A DNA stretch of 64,000 bases from Phycisphaerae bacterium (lineage in GTDB: Bacteria; Planctomycetota; Phycisphaerae; UBA1845). Location of the stretch: NCBI GenBank assembly GCA_963666835.2, contig CAXXGO010000001.1, positions 1,216,001-1,280,000 on the forward strand, written 5' to 3'. Within the stretch, counting starts at the first letter, position 1; the number at the start of each line of letters is the position of its first letter. This document shows, piece by piece, positions 29,507 to 38,684 of this stretch. Position numbers and translations under genes: made by a program. The notes under the pieces are model-generated. The model was given only the letters and a program-made list of their open reading frames with translations. It made no database searches and had not been told where the DNA came from.

Positions 29507-32500
29507 TTACGGTGCCTGGGGCGCCGTTGTGGCCAGCGGCCGCTCTACGATCGTGACGTCCAATCGAGTCGCAGGAGCGACGAAATCGAGCACCTGGGAG
29601 CCGCGCTGGATCTTGAGCGTTCGGCTGCTTACCCTCATTATATCAGTGTCAGTCAGCACCTGGAGCTGATACGCCCGGGAGATCTGATGACCATCGTACT
29701 CCAGAATGATGTCCCCAGGGACGATTCCCAAAGTCTGACCAACTCCGCCCGGCGACAATGACTGCACGGTCAACTGCGCAGGAGGGTACCCGTTAGCGAT
29801 CTCCCAGTCGACCGCCTTCTTGCGGTCTTGCTGATACCGTTTCCGGTCACCGAGCTTCCAATACGCCAAGGCGCGGTAGAAGTACACATCGCCGCGGGCC
29901 TTTGCGTATAGCCGGGTGAACTGGTCGAAATCGCCGAGCGCCTCGCTCCACCGGGTGCGATACAGGTTGCACAGACCGCGATCCACGAGGACCCACGTGG
30001 CCTGGGGTTCGATCTTCAGGATCTCGTCCAGCTCGGCCAGAGCCGCGTTGGGGTTGAACGTCCATAAGTACACACCTGCCCGCCAATGGCGGTATTGGGT
30101 ACTCGATGGCGCCAGGGTGACCGCTTGGTTGATATCAGCGAGGCATTCGTTTACTAAGCCTTTTGCCTGGTAGGCTTGACTTCGCGCTGCGTACACGGCG
30201 GGGTTGTCAGGGGCAAGCTCGACAGCTTTCGAGGCGTGTTCGATTGCCTCGTCTGGGTTGCCCTGTCCCGACGCACACCTCGCGTAGTTCAACAGCAGAT
30301 CCGCGTCCTCCGCGCCCAGGGCGCGGGCCTTATCCAGGTCCGCCCGCGCCGCGTCATAGTCCATCCGTTGCATGTGGAGCATGGCCCGCTTCACGAAGGT
30401 GGGGGCATGCTCCGGGGCCAGCTCGATGGCCTTCGAGGTGTGCTCGATTGCCTCGGCTGGATTGCCTTGTCCCGCCGCGCACACCGCGTAGCCCAGCCAC
30501 AGATCCGCATCATCCGCCCCAAGGTCGCTGGCCTTATCCAGGTCTGCCCGAGCCGTTTCATAGTCCATCTGTTGCATGTGGAACGTGGCCCGTTTTGCGT
30601 AGGCCGGGGCGTGTTCGGGGGCCAGGTCGATGACCTCTTGTAGAAGTTCCATGTGCAGTTCGTTGTCCCCCGTAGCTTTGGCCAAGTCTGCGATCATCAG
30701 CAGCACCCTCAGTGCCCCTTGCCGGTCCGAGTCGTTTATCTTGCGACCCAGGGCTTGACGGATGTCGTCGGCGGTGGCGCGAAGTTGCTCAATATCTGGG
30801 GAAACCGTATTGGCAACTGCTGATACTCTCGCAACAGCGCGGGAGAAGTACGCTCCGGCGCTGTCCGGGTCCAGCCGGATCTGTTCACCATACGTCATCA
30901 CCGCGTTCTCGTGATCTCCCGATTCCTGGTACGCCTCGCCCAGCCGGCCGTAGCGGTCCGCCGTCGGCTCGATTTGAACGGCCTTCTCGAGGTCCGCGAT
31001 CGCCTCGGAGTACCTTCCGGTGTTCGAGTAGACCCGCCCGCGAAGTTCGTAGTTCGCCGCATCGCGCGGCTCGAGACGGACGGATTCGGAGAGATCAGCA
31101 ATAGCTTCGTCATACGCTTCGAGTTTGTTGTGGGCTTCGCCGCGGAAGTAGTGCATCAGTTCATGGCTGGTCGGCGGGCACTCTTCGAGCGCCCGCGTCG
31201 TCTGCTTGAGGACTTCTTCCCAATCTTCGGTGCTGCGGGCCATCTCCACCATGAGACCGTAGGCTTCCGCTGAATGGGGATCGCGCAGCAGGGCCTCGGC
31301 TATGTCTTGCCGGGCCTTTTCCTGATCCCCTTGCTTGAACCTGGCCCGCGCGCGGGAGACGTAGGTCACTGGGCAGGGCGTGAGTTCGATGGCTTTCTCG
31401 AAATCGGCGAGAGCGAATTCTACTTCATCTTGTTCGAGCAACACCGTGCCGCGTCCGACATAGCTGGGCCAGTATGTCGGTAGGATGGTGATGGCAGAAT
31501 TGTAGTCTGCGATCGCTGCGGTGTGGTGGCCGGATCCGAAGTTGGCCATGCCGCGAACGAGGTGACCGAAGAACGAGCGTTTATCGAGTTCTATAGCTGT
31601 TTCGGCATCTGCCAGAGCATCGTCCCACTGCTGCAAAGTGCACTTTGCGAGCGACCGGGCAGCGAAGCTCAGATAGAGATTCGGATCCAATTGGATTGCT
31701 TCGTTGGCATCGTTGAGAGCCTCTATTCCGTTCCCGAGCATCGCGTGGGCCAAGCTGCGCTCGACGTAACCCAGCGCCCGGCTCGGGTCGACCCGGACTG
31801 CCTCGTTGGCGTCCTTTAATGCCTCGACAAGCCTGCCTTGTGCGATGTGGGCGCTTGCGCGTAAGTAATGAGTATATCCGTTCTTGGGCACGCGTTTCAG
31901 GGCTTCGTCTGCGTCAGCGAGCGCCTCGTCGAGACGCCCCACGTATGAGTAGGCCAATCCTCGTGCAATGTAGGCATGGCCCGCATCCGGGTTGGCGCGG
32001 ATTGCCGCCTCCGCGGCCTCCCGGGCCGCGTCGATCCGCCAGCGCATGCCATAGCTAAGCGACAGCGCGATCTGAGCCCACACGCACTGCGGGTCGATCT
32101 CCACGGCCTCTTCTGCGGCGGCTATCGCGTTGTCGAAGTCGCTCTTGTTGAAAAGCGCCAGGGACTGAGCGGCGCGGACCGAGGCTGACTCCGGATCCAG
32201 TTGGCGGGCGCGGCTGGTGTCCCTGATCGCGCCCTCTATATCGCAGAGCCAGACTCCGGCGATACCGCGCCACGTGTATGCCGCGGCATTCCGAGGTGAT
32301 CGGGCGATGGCCTCATCGCAATCGATCACCGCGTTTTCATACTCGCCCATTTCGATAAACGCCTCAGCGCGCTTCACATAAGCCTGAACCAGTTCCGGGT
32401 CTCGCTCAAGCGCTTCCGTCAACAGCGACACCGCGTCTCCGTATTGCCTTACAAGCAGAGCTTCGGCCCCTTGCTCGGACAACCGCTGGGCTTTGGAAGG

Positions 32501-33058
32501 ATACGCCGACCACAGCGTTACACCCACTACCGCGACCAAGACCACCGACAGTCCAACGAGGGCGGCACGCCTTCGTCGGGGGCGGCGGACCCGCGCCGCC
32601 GGTACCGGCTTCGCGGCCGAGTCTGAAGTATCGGGCTTGGGGTCTGCGGTGCGCGGTGCCTCGATCAGGGTTCTCATCCGCGCGGCCAAACGGGCCAGAT
32701 GGTCCTCCAGCGGTGGAGTCATCGCATCCAGCCAGTGTGAAGAGCTTATGAAGTACTCGAGCGATCCGGATGGCTTCACGTCGTGAATGCGCACCGGGAT
32801 AATCGGCACGCCTTTGTTTACGGCACGCTCCACCTCGCGAAGCACCTGCGGGGAGGAGTTGGCCTCAGCCGAGAATATCAACACCATAGCGCGACAGCCG
32901 CTGATGGCTTCGATGATGCTCTCGGCCCAATCTCGACCCGGGGCGATGTCGCGCGGGGCCATCCAACAACCGACGCCGCAACTCTCGATCGCGGCGCAGG
33001 CGGCCTCGGCGACCGTCTTGTCTTTCGATGAGTAGCTTATGTAGACATCTTGGTTCAA
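29507..33058 (-). CDS. TIR-domain transmembrane protein with long TPR array and C-terminal PDZ-like domain
   Basis: DVYISYSSKD...WMAPRDI..G..W...VLIFS..ANSSPQVLREVERA (TIR_2); RRPRRRR plus TM helix; about two dozen TPRs; PGGVGQTLGIVPGDIILEYDG (PDZ). Confidence 0.9.
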   Translation of the reverse strand: MNQDVYISYSSKDKTVAEAACAAIESCGVGCWMAPRDIAPGRDWAESIIEAISGCRAMVLIFSAEANSSPQVLREVERAVNKGVPIIPVRIHDVKPSGSLEYFISSSHWLDAMTPPLEDHLARLAARMRTLIEAPRTADPKPDTSDSAAKPVPAARVRRPRRRRAALVGLSVVLVAVVGVTLWSAYPSKAQRLSEQGAEALLVRQYGDAVSLLTEALERDPELVQAYVKRAEAFIEMGEYENAVIDCDEAIARSPRNAAAYTWRGIAGVWLCDIEGAIRDTSRARQLDPESASVRAAQSLALFNKSDFDNAIAAAEEAVEIDPQCVWAQIALSLSYGMRWRIDAAREAAEAAIRANPDAGHAYIARGLAYSYVGRLDEALADADEALKRVPKNGYTHYLRASAHIAQGRLVEALKDANEAVRVDPSRALGYVERSLAHAMLGNGIEALNDANEAIQLDPNLYLSFAARSLAKCTLQQWDDALADAETAIELDKRSFFGHLVRGMANFGSGHHTAAIADYNSAITILPTYWPSYVGRGTVLLEQDEVEFALADFEKAIELTPCPVTYVSRARARFKQGDQEKARQDIAEALLRDPHSAEAYGLMVEMARSTEDWEEVLKQTTRALEECPPTSHELMHYFRGEAHNKLEAYDEAIADLSESVRLEPRDAANYELRGRVYSNTGRYSEAIADLEKAVQIEPTADRYGRLGEAYQESGDHENAVMTYGEQIRLDPDSAGAYFSRAVARVSAVANTVSPDIEQLRATADDIRQALGRKINDSDRQGALRVLLMIADLAKATGDNELHMELLQEVIDLAPEHAPAYAKRATFHMQQMDYETARADLDKASDLGADDADLWLGYAVCAAGQGNPAEAIEHTSKAIELAPEHAPTFVKRAMLHMQRMDYDAARADLDKARALGAEDADLLLNYARCASGQGNPDEAIEHASKAVELAPDNPAVYAARSQAYQAKGLVNECLADINQAVTLAPSSTQYRHWRAGVYLWTFNPNAALAELDEILKIEPQATWVLVDRGLCNLYRTRWSEALGDFDQFTRLYAKARGDVYFYRALAYWKLGDRKRYQQDRKKAVDWEIANGYPPAQLTVQSLSPGGVGQTLGIVPGDIILEYDGHQISRAYQLQVLTDTDIMRVSSRTLKIQRGSQVLDFVAPATRLDVTIVERPLATTAPQAP
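30217..30624 (-). repeat. 204-bp tandem duplication (two-TPR unit) within the TIR-TPR gene
   Basis: Units 30217-30420 and 30421-30624 encode near-identical 68-aa blocks (APEHAP..KRA..HMQ.MDY..ARADLDKA..LGA.DADL.L.YA.CA.GQGNP.EAIEH.SKA.EL). Confidence 0.9.
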
Positions 33059-33320
33059 TGAACTGACTCCAACCTGGCACTACTCTTTTCTGGTGAAATG
33101 GGCAACGCCCGTCGAACGGAAGCCGATTGGCCGGCGGCGGTTGCCGAGATCCGGTAGCACACAGCATAGCAGAGCCGGCGCGCGGAGCCTAGTGAAGGCG
33201 AGGCGAGACGCGCGGAACGATAGCCTCTTCGTTCTGATTCGAGACATCATTGTCGGTTTTGCTCGGTTTGCGGCCGGGGGGGCTCCGGAGGTTTCCCCTT
33301 ATTGGGTTTGAGCGTTCCCT

Positions 33321-33587
33321 CTAACGGCGGACCGGTTGGTCTACTACCCCCTGTCCGGTGCGGCGGTGAGTCTCGACCGGGCGGGGAGAACGTGGTTTCC
33401 GGGCGGCTTCGCGGGCAGCGTCGCCGTCCTGCCTACCCATGTCGGAAAGCTGGTCACGCTGGGTCCGTTCCTGCGGGGTTTGCGCGTCTTTCTGTGCGAT
33501 GCTCGGAGTGGTGGTGGCGCAGCCGGCGCCGAACAACATTGCCCCGGCCATTGCCCCCAGGGTTCTTGCGACTAAGCTTAAACGCAT
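33321..33587 (-). CDS. Small putative lipoprotein
   Basis: MRLSLVARTLGAMAGAMLFGAGC lipobox followed by a hydrophilic tail. Confidence 0.55.
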   Translation of the reverse strand: MRLSLVARTLGAMAGAMLFGAGCATTTPSIAQKDAQTPQERTQRDQLSDMGRQDGDAAREAARKPRSPRPVETHRRTGQGVVDQPVRR

Positions 33588-33697
33588 GGTTCGATCTCCC
33601 GAGACTGACGGAGCGGACGCGGTCCGGTGCTTCTTCGCGCCCGGACTATCGATGAGCGTCGAGTGGATGGTATGAGGTCCTTCAGGTACGGTCAAAC

Positions 33698-34165
33698 ATG
33701 AGCATGTCCAATCCGCACCACGCAAGCATACTCCGGTTGGGCATTACGATTGCAGTGCTCTGCGCCGTTGCGGGGTCTCCGGCCGGTTGCGGAACGCAAC
33801 TTGCGGCGGGGCCTGCTACGGACCAGGAGGTGCTCGTTAGCGTGATGAACGTCACCGCCTTTGACGTCTCCGTGTTGTTAAGCGGAATCCTCGACGATGC
33901 CGTGGATACGGTGTCGGAGACGATCGGGCCGTCCGGCAATGTGGACGTGACCTTCGTTTGCATAGACGAGCTGGTGGTCGGCGACCCGCTGGACGCGGCC
34001 GTCGCTGGTGTTACGATCGATGTAGACGGCGACCCGGCCGAGATGGCTCCGTTCTCGATCGCCCGGGCGGAGTCGTTCGACTGCGGCGACGTGATCGAGA
34101 TTATCGTCAGCGGTAGTGAGCCCGGCAGCTTCGCCGTAGACGTATTTGCCCTGACCTTGCCCTAA
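33698..34165 (+). CDS. Putative lipoprotein, acidic beta-rich
   Basis: Signal ending PAGC; two mature Cys (FVC, FDCGDVIE). Confidence 0.7.
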   Translation: MSMSNPHHASILRLGITIAVLCAVAGSPAGCGTQLAAGPATDQEVLVSVMNVTAFDVSVLLSGILDDAVDTVSETIGPSGNVDVTFVCIDELVVGDPLDAAVAGVTIDVDGDPAEMAPFSIARAESFDCGDVIEIIVSGSEPGSFAVDVFALTLP

Positions 34166-34168
34166 CCT

Positions 34169-36154
34169 CTACTGCGGACCGGTTCCCGTCAGCGTCAACG
34201 TGACCGAATCGGACAAACCGGTATCTGCCAGAGTCAGCACGAACACATAATCCCCGGCCACGGCCGGTGCGATTATGAAGGAGCTGGCCAGAGCGTTCGG
34301 GCTTCGAATGAACATCTCCACTCCGGTCGGACCGCTCTGGTACGTCCAGCGCACGGCCGGAGAGGTCTGCTCCGGACAGACTGTGCCGGAGAGGTTGTTG
34401 CCGTTGATGGAGCTATCGTAGGTTCCTTGTCCGCTTACTTCGCCCGGTGACAACGTTCCGGCATCGATCACTGTGGGGAAGCCCTCACATTCGTCCGGCA
34501 CCCCGTTGAGATCGCAGTCGTTACTCGTTCCCTCGGCAATGTCGTCTTCATCGGCGACATCGTTGGCGTTACAGTCTGTGATGCGCACCGGCGGGCCCGC
34601 ATACTCCATGACGCTACGGACCGTGTCGTTCACCCCGTCGTTGAGTTCGAACCCATAGAAGCCCGCCCCGTAGGCGAATTCAGTGCAATCCGTCGAGCTG
34701 CCGGACTCGACAAACACGACGGTTTCCCCATCCGCGTCACCGGCGGGAATCTCCAGGACTTCGGTCGGATCGTCGAACACGAGCGCCTCGGTTGCTGCAA
34801 AGGTGACGGTTAACGCGACGGTCTCCGCACCGTTATCGTCTGCGAAGGAAACGGTGACTGCCTCACGCTGAGTCTCCTCCGTGCCGCACGTTTGATCGGC
34901 CGCGGCAGGATCACTCTCAAAACGTGGCGAGGTGTTCACGATAAACGTGCGGTAGGCCGAATCGTGGTCCTCGCTATCGGGCAGCTCTGTTTGATCAGTT
35001 CCGTCGTCGGCCAACACCCCCCAGGCCCAGGTTCCCGCCACCAAGCCCAGACCCGCTCGCTCGGCAACCAAATCGGCCTCGAGCACATCCGCGGTAATCG
35101 GTAGGGTTACGTCGGACTCAAACAGCGCCGTCGGTTCGCCTGATTCACCCAGTAGCTCGAAGTACACCGTACAACTCAGCTCATCCTCGCAGTTGCCGGC
35201 ATCCGCCGTCCAGGAGAGGACGAAGGCTTCCGCATTGTCTGCCAGGACGTCGGCATCGTCCGGACTCGCCAGCTTGCCCGCGGGCGGCGTGTTTTCGGCC
35301 ACCAGGAACGAGTTTCCCAGTTGGCCTTCGAAAGTGAACTGGACTTCCTCCGCCGTCTCGATCCGCAGTCCCCAACTGAGCTGCTCGCCCATCGGAAGTG
35401 CCTCCGTCTCGGTCAGTGCCCGGGACGTGGCCGTGGGCTCAGGCACGTCGAAAACGCGCAGCGGGGAATCGAACGGGTTATCCTGCCCCGCGCGGCTTAC
35501 GAATACCTGCGCACGGGTAGGGACTGTATCCCCCAGGGACCACGAAAAGGTTGTCAGTGACCGGGCCGGTTGCGTTTCGCGCGGACACAGTAGCAGGACA
35601 TCGTCGGCTCCGATCACGACAGACGCCGTCTCGCTCACCTCGAAACTAAACCCAAAACCGTCCGCCGGGAGCTGCACCGTATTGACCCCGTCCGTGACCT
35701 CGACACCCCAATAGAACGTTCCGGCATCAGGTAGTCGAATGGATAGGCTATGTTCCGTTTCTTCGGGGGCCGTCCGAATGCCGAGGCTGGCGAACGAGTC
35801 GTTGAATACATCGGGTGTTCTGCCGACCAGAACCGTGCTGTCGAGGTTGGTCTCGTTGGCGTCGGTGGCTTCCCAGCGGAAGGCCACATCGCCTTGAGCT
35901 ACGGACACGTCTTCCGGTGGAAACAGCAACTCGCCGGTTGGCGGTATGTTATTGACGGTGAACGGTAGCGCTGCCGGAGCGGCGAGTCCGTTGTCCTGGA
36001 AACCTCCCGTTTCACCGCCTCCATCCCCGTTGGTATTGTCGTTGTCTTGGCCGTTGCCGCCGTTCGTCGGCTGCAAGGCACAACCCAGCCACCCGGCGGC
36101 TGTCAGCAGGGCCAACGATGCCAGTACGATCAAACTGATCCGTCGAATTCCCAT
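34169..36154 (-). CDS. Lipoprotein with repeated Ig/FN3-like modules and Ca-binding TSP3-like repeat
   Basis: WLGC lipobox; four modules ending WGVEVTDG / WGLRIET / WGVLADDG / YGFELNDG; DCNANDVADEDD...DCDLNGVPDEC. Confidence 0.75.
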   Translation of the reverse strand: MGIRRISLIVLASLALLTAAGWLGCALQPTNGGNGQDNDNTNGDGGGETGGFQDNGLAAPAALPFTVNNIPPTGELLFPPEDVSVAQGDVAFRWEATDANETNLDSTVLVGRTPDVFNDSFASLGIRTAPEETEHSLSIRLPDAGTFYWGVEVTDGVNTVQLPADGFGFSFEVSETASVVIGADDVLLLCPRETQPARSLTTFSWSLGDTVPTRAQVFVSRAGQDNPFDSPLRVFDVPEPTATSRALTETEALPMGEQLSWGLRIETAEEVQFTFEGQLGNSFLVAENTPPAGKLASPDDADVLADNAEAFVLSWTADAGNCEDELSCTVYFELLGESGEPTALFESDVTLPITADVLEADLVAERAGLGLVAGTWAWGVLADDGTDQTELPDSEDHDSAYRTFIVNTSPRFESDPAAADQTCGTEETQREAVTVSFADDNGAETVALTVTFAATEALVFDDPTEVLEIPAGDADGETVVFVESGSSTDCTEFAYGAGFYGFELNDGVNDTVRSVMEYAGPPVRITDCNANDVADEDDIAEGTSNDCDLNGVPDECEGFPTVIDAGTLSPGEVSGQGTYDSSINGNNLSGTVCPEQTSPAVRWTYQSGPTGVEMFIRSPNALASSFIIAPAVAGDYVFVLTLADTGLSDSVTLTLTGTGPQ

Positions 36155-36306
36155 CGGCCACTCTCCGTGTGCGTTATGCCAGACCGTTTCTCGCCGCTGC
36201 CGCGCCGCGAGCCCCGGCGTCTGGTAAGACTATCGCCTTGCCGTTGGTCCGGGCAAAGCGAAACGGCCGGGCCGATTCACGGCGCCCGGCAAACCGGCGA
36301 CGCCTG

Positions 36307-38469
36307 TCATCGCGGCGTAACCCGTCCGATATGTCGGCGCGTCGGCGGCGTTACCAGTTCGCGAATCAGGCGCCCGCCACCAGCGCTGAGCGAGCGCGAC
36401 TTCAATATTCTGGTGGTTGCCCGCGAGTGCCCGCTGCGGATTACAATCCCGCGATGCTTGAGACCGTCGTTTGTGCGGACCAGTCGGCCCGGAGTGCGGC
36501 GCAGTTGCCGGGGGGCCGACGGGGCCGTTTGAGCCATTGCCGGGCCGAATGCCGTTAGCGTATCTGACGGAACCAGTTCGTTGACCTCTTCACCAATCAA
36601 GGCGAACAGCTCGTTGCGCAGCTCCGGATAGTCATTCAGGTCTTCCAGTTCCAACAACTCACCGTCGGCCCCGGTTACCCGTGCGTCCGCGCGCCATTGG
36701 ATAATGGTGTATCGATCCCCACGAACCACCTCAAAATGGTCGCTGGCGTCCGAGCCCGCGCCGCTCGGATTTCCCATGCCGGAATGATGGACAATGGCGA
36801 TAGTCGAACCTGTGGCGGCGAACTGAAGACCAACGGTGTTGTCGAGATCGGCGCCGAGGGGGGTGGCCAGCCCGGCTGCTCCGCTGTTGTCCGTCTGTAC
36901 CGTACGATCACCCGGCAGGTCCAATTCTGTCGGGGCGATGGCATCGCCCGTGAAGTTAAACGCGCTCCCGTTCGCGTCAGTCTCCCCATCGGACAAGAAG
37001 ATCAACTGGGGGCCGACCTGATCAAGCTGTTGAGGATCCTGCCCGCTACCCAAGGCAGCAATCTGGTCACTGACTGCCTCGCCCCCAACGGTGAGCCCCG
37101 TCGTATCGCCGGCCTGATCCAACAACGGGTAACCGGCCGGCTGGTCCGGGTTGAACTCGACATCACCATCCGAGATGACCGCGAACGCGGAATCCGTATC
37201 TACCCCGTCCCCGCCGATCGCACCGTTGCCACTCAAGTGCTCTCCCAGGGCGATAGCCTCGATTCCATCGGTCACCACGGCCACCAGTCTCGAATCCGGA
37301 TCGAAGTCGGAGTCCCCCAGTGCCATTTGGGGAGTGTAGATCGCCCACCCGGATAATGCGTTTGCCTCGGCGGCCAAGAACGTCTCACCGTCGCTGTCCA
37401 CCAGTTCCGCACCTGCCCCGGCGAACTGAATGTAGCTGAAGCCTCCGTTGGCGAACTGGGTCAAGTAGGTGGGTTGAAAGGCCGGATTACCGTCGACATC
37501 CGTCAGAAACTCGTTCCACGCCGGGTCGGCGGGAATGCCGTCGATACCTACGAACTGGGCGGTTGCCAGATCCGGAGTTCCCGCAGGGATCACCCGCGGG
37601 CTGGCGATTGCATAAACCACTTCAATCTCCGGCAAGATCAGCTCGTCGAACGTGTCGTATTCCAGGGGGAGACGATCCTGGTTGGCTGAACTCGTGTCGA
37701 TGATGAACTGACCTTCGTGCTCAATAACGTCTTCGGGAAGAGACTGCGGAATCAGATCGGCGGCGGTCAAACCGGTGATGTCGACGGCGTCGGCGTGGGC
37801 TATCTCGGCGGCTTCGCGGTGCAACCTCTGGCGCAGCTCGTCCGCCTCATTACGTTCGTCGCCCTCTTCGGGTGCTCCGGGGATTTGCCCGTCGACGATT
37901 CTCCAGCGCTGCCCGGCTTGGAGCAGATAAGGACCGGCCTCCGGGACAATCCCGGCAACTTGCGCAGCCCCCTCCATGGCAGCAAACGTGCTGACCGCGG
38001 GACTGATGTTCGCTTGTTCGGGGTCGTGTCGTATGGAGAACCAACCCGATGCTTCTTCTGCCGTCAGACCGGGAGACGAAATAAGCCTCCCGAAGGGCGT
38101 CTCGGCAACAACGGTAGTTTCGGTGTCAGGTTCGGTATAGACAACCACATAGCCCTTTTCAACCAGGATGCGCTTGCCGCCGGGCTCTTCCAGAACCGTC
38201 ACCTCCGAGTTCGAACCGATGTGGATGACAACATCATCCACTAACAGCCCGGCCGCGTCCTCCTCGCCGGTTTCCAATACCCGGCCGGAATAGACTGCCT
38301 GTAAAGGCCGGATCGACTCACCCACCATTCGGGGCATACCTGCCATCAGGGTGACTCGCCCGATCTCCGTCTCAGCCCGGGCTTGGTGGACCGCCCCCGC
38401 GCATGGAATCACTGCACCTAAGGCGACTACGAGCATGTTCGGACGACCCCAACGAAGCCGCTTGTTCAT
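36307..38469 (-). CDS. Secreted FecR-domain protein with long acidic C-terminal region
   Basis: Sec signal (..QARA); FecR-like IGRVTL...LETG...IHIGSNSEV...VEKGYV...ETPFG...MEGAAQV...LQAGQ. Confidence 0.7.
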   Translation of the reverse strand: MNKRLRWGRPNMLVVALGAVIPCAGAVHQARAETEIGRVTLMAGMPRMVGESIRPLQAVYSGRVLETGEEDAAGLLVDDVVIHIGSNSEVTVLEEPGGKRILVEKGYVVVYTEPDTETTVVAETPFGRLISSPGLTAEEASGWFSIRHDPEQANISPAVSTFAAMEGAAQVAGIVPEAGPYLLQAGQRWRIVDGQIPGAPEEGDERNEADELRQRLHREAAEIAHADAVDITGLTAADLIPQSLPEDVIEHEGQFIIDTSSANQDRLPLEYDTFDELILPEIEVVYAIASPRVIPAGTPDLATAQFVGIDGIPADPAWNEFLTDVDGNPAFQPTYLTQFANGGFSYIQFAGAGAELVDSDGETFLAAEANALSGWAIYTPQMALGDSDFDPDSRLVAVVTDGIEAIALGEHLSGNGAIGGDGVDTDSAFAVISDGDVEFNPDQPAGYPLLDQAGDTTGLTVGGEAVSDQIAALGSGQDPQQLDQVGPQLIFLSDGETDANGSAFNFTGDAIAPTELDLPGDRTVQTDNSGAAGLATPLGADLDNTVGLQFAATGSTIAIVHHSGMGNPSGAGSDASDHFEVVRGDRYTIIQWRADARVTGADGELLELEDLNDYPELRNELFALIGEEVNELVPSDTLTAFGPAMAQTAPSAPRQLRRTPGRLVRTNDGLKHRGIVIRSGHSRATTRILKSRSLSAGGGRLIRELVTPPTRRHIGRVTPR

Positions 38470-38560
38470 AGTATGTCCTTTCCGAGAGAAGCCGGGTATT
38501 GCCGCTTCCCAGAAGGTACTCATCCAGCCCTCACCTTTTAACCAAGGTCGAGGGCAGTCG

Positions 38561-38586
38561 TTACGTTGCGTGCTTGCCGGAGGTTC
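38561..38586 (-). promoter_or_regulatory. Candidate ECF-sigma promoter of the FecR-domain gene
   Basis: Minus strand GAACC-N16-CGTAA. Confidence 0.4.
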
Positions 38587-38684
38587 GGAACACGTTGGAT
38601 CATGTCAGTTGCCCCCACGGGCAAGCAAGTTTGCCCCCACTACTCCGTTTTCAGGCCACCCCAGTCCACTCTGAAGCCTCGAAA

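Noticed and set aside
28094..33320. TIR/SLATT block as a mobile island
   Set aside because: No integrase, transposase, tRNA or flanking direct repeats recognised
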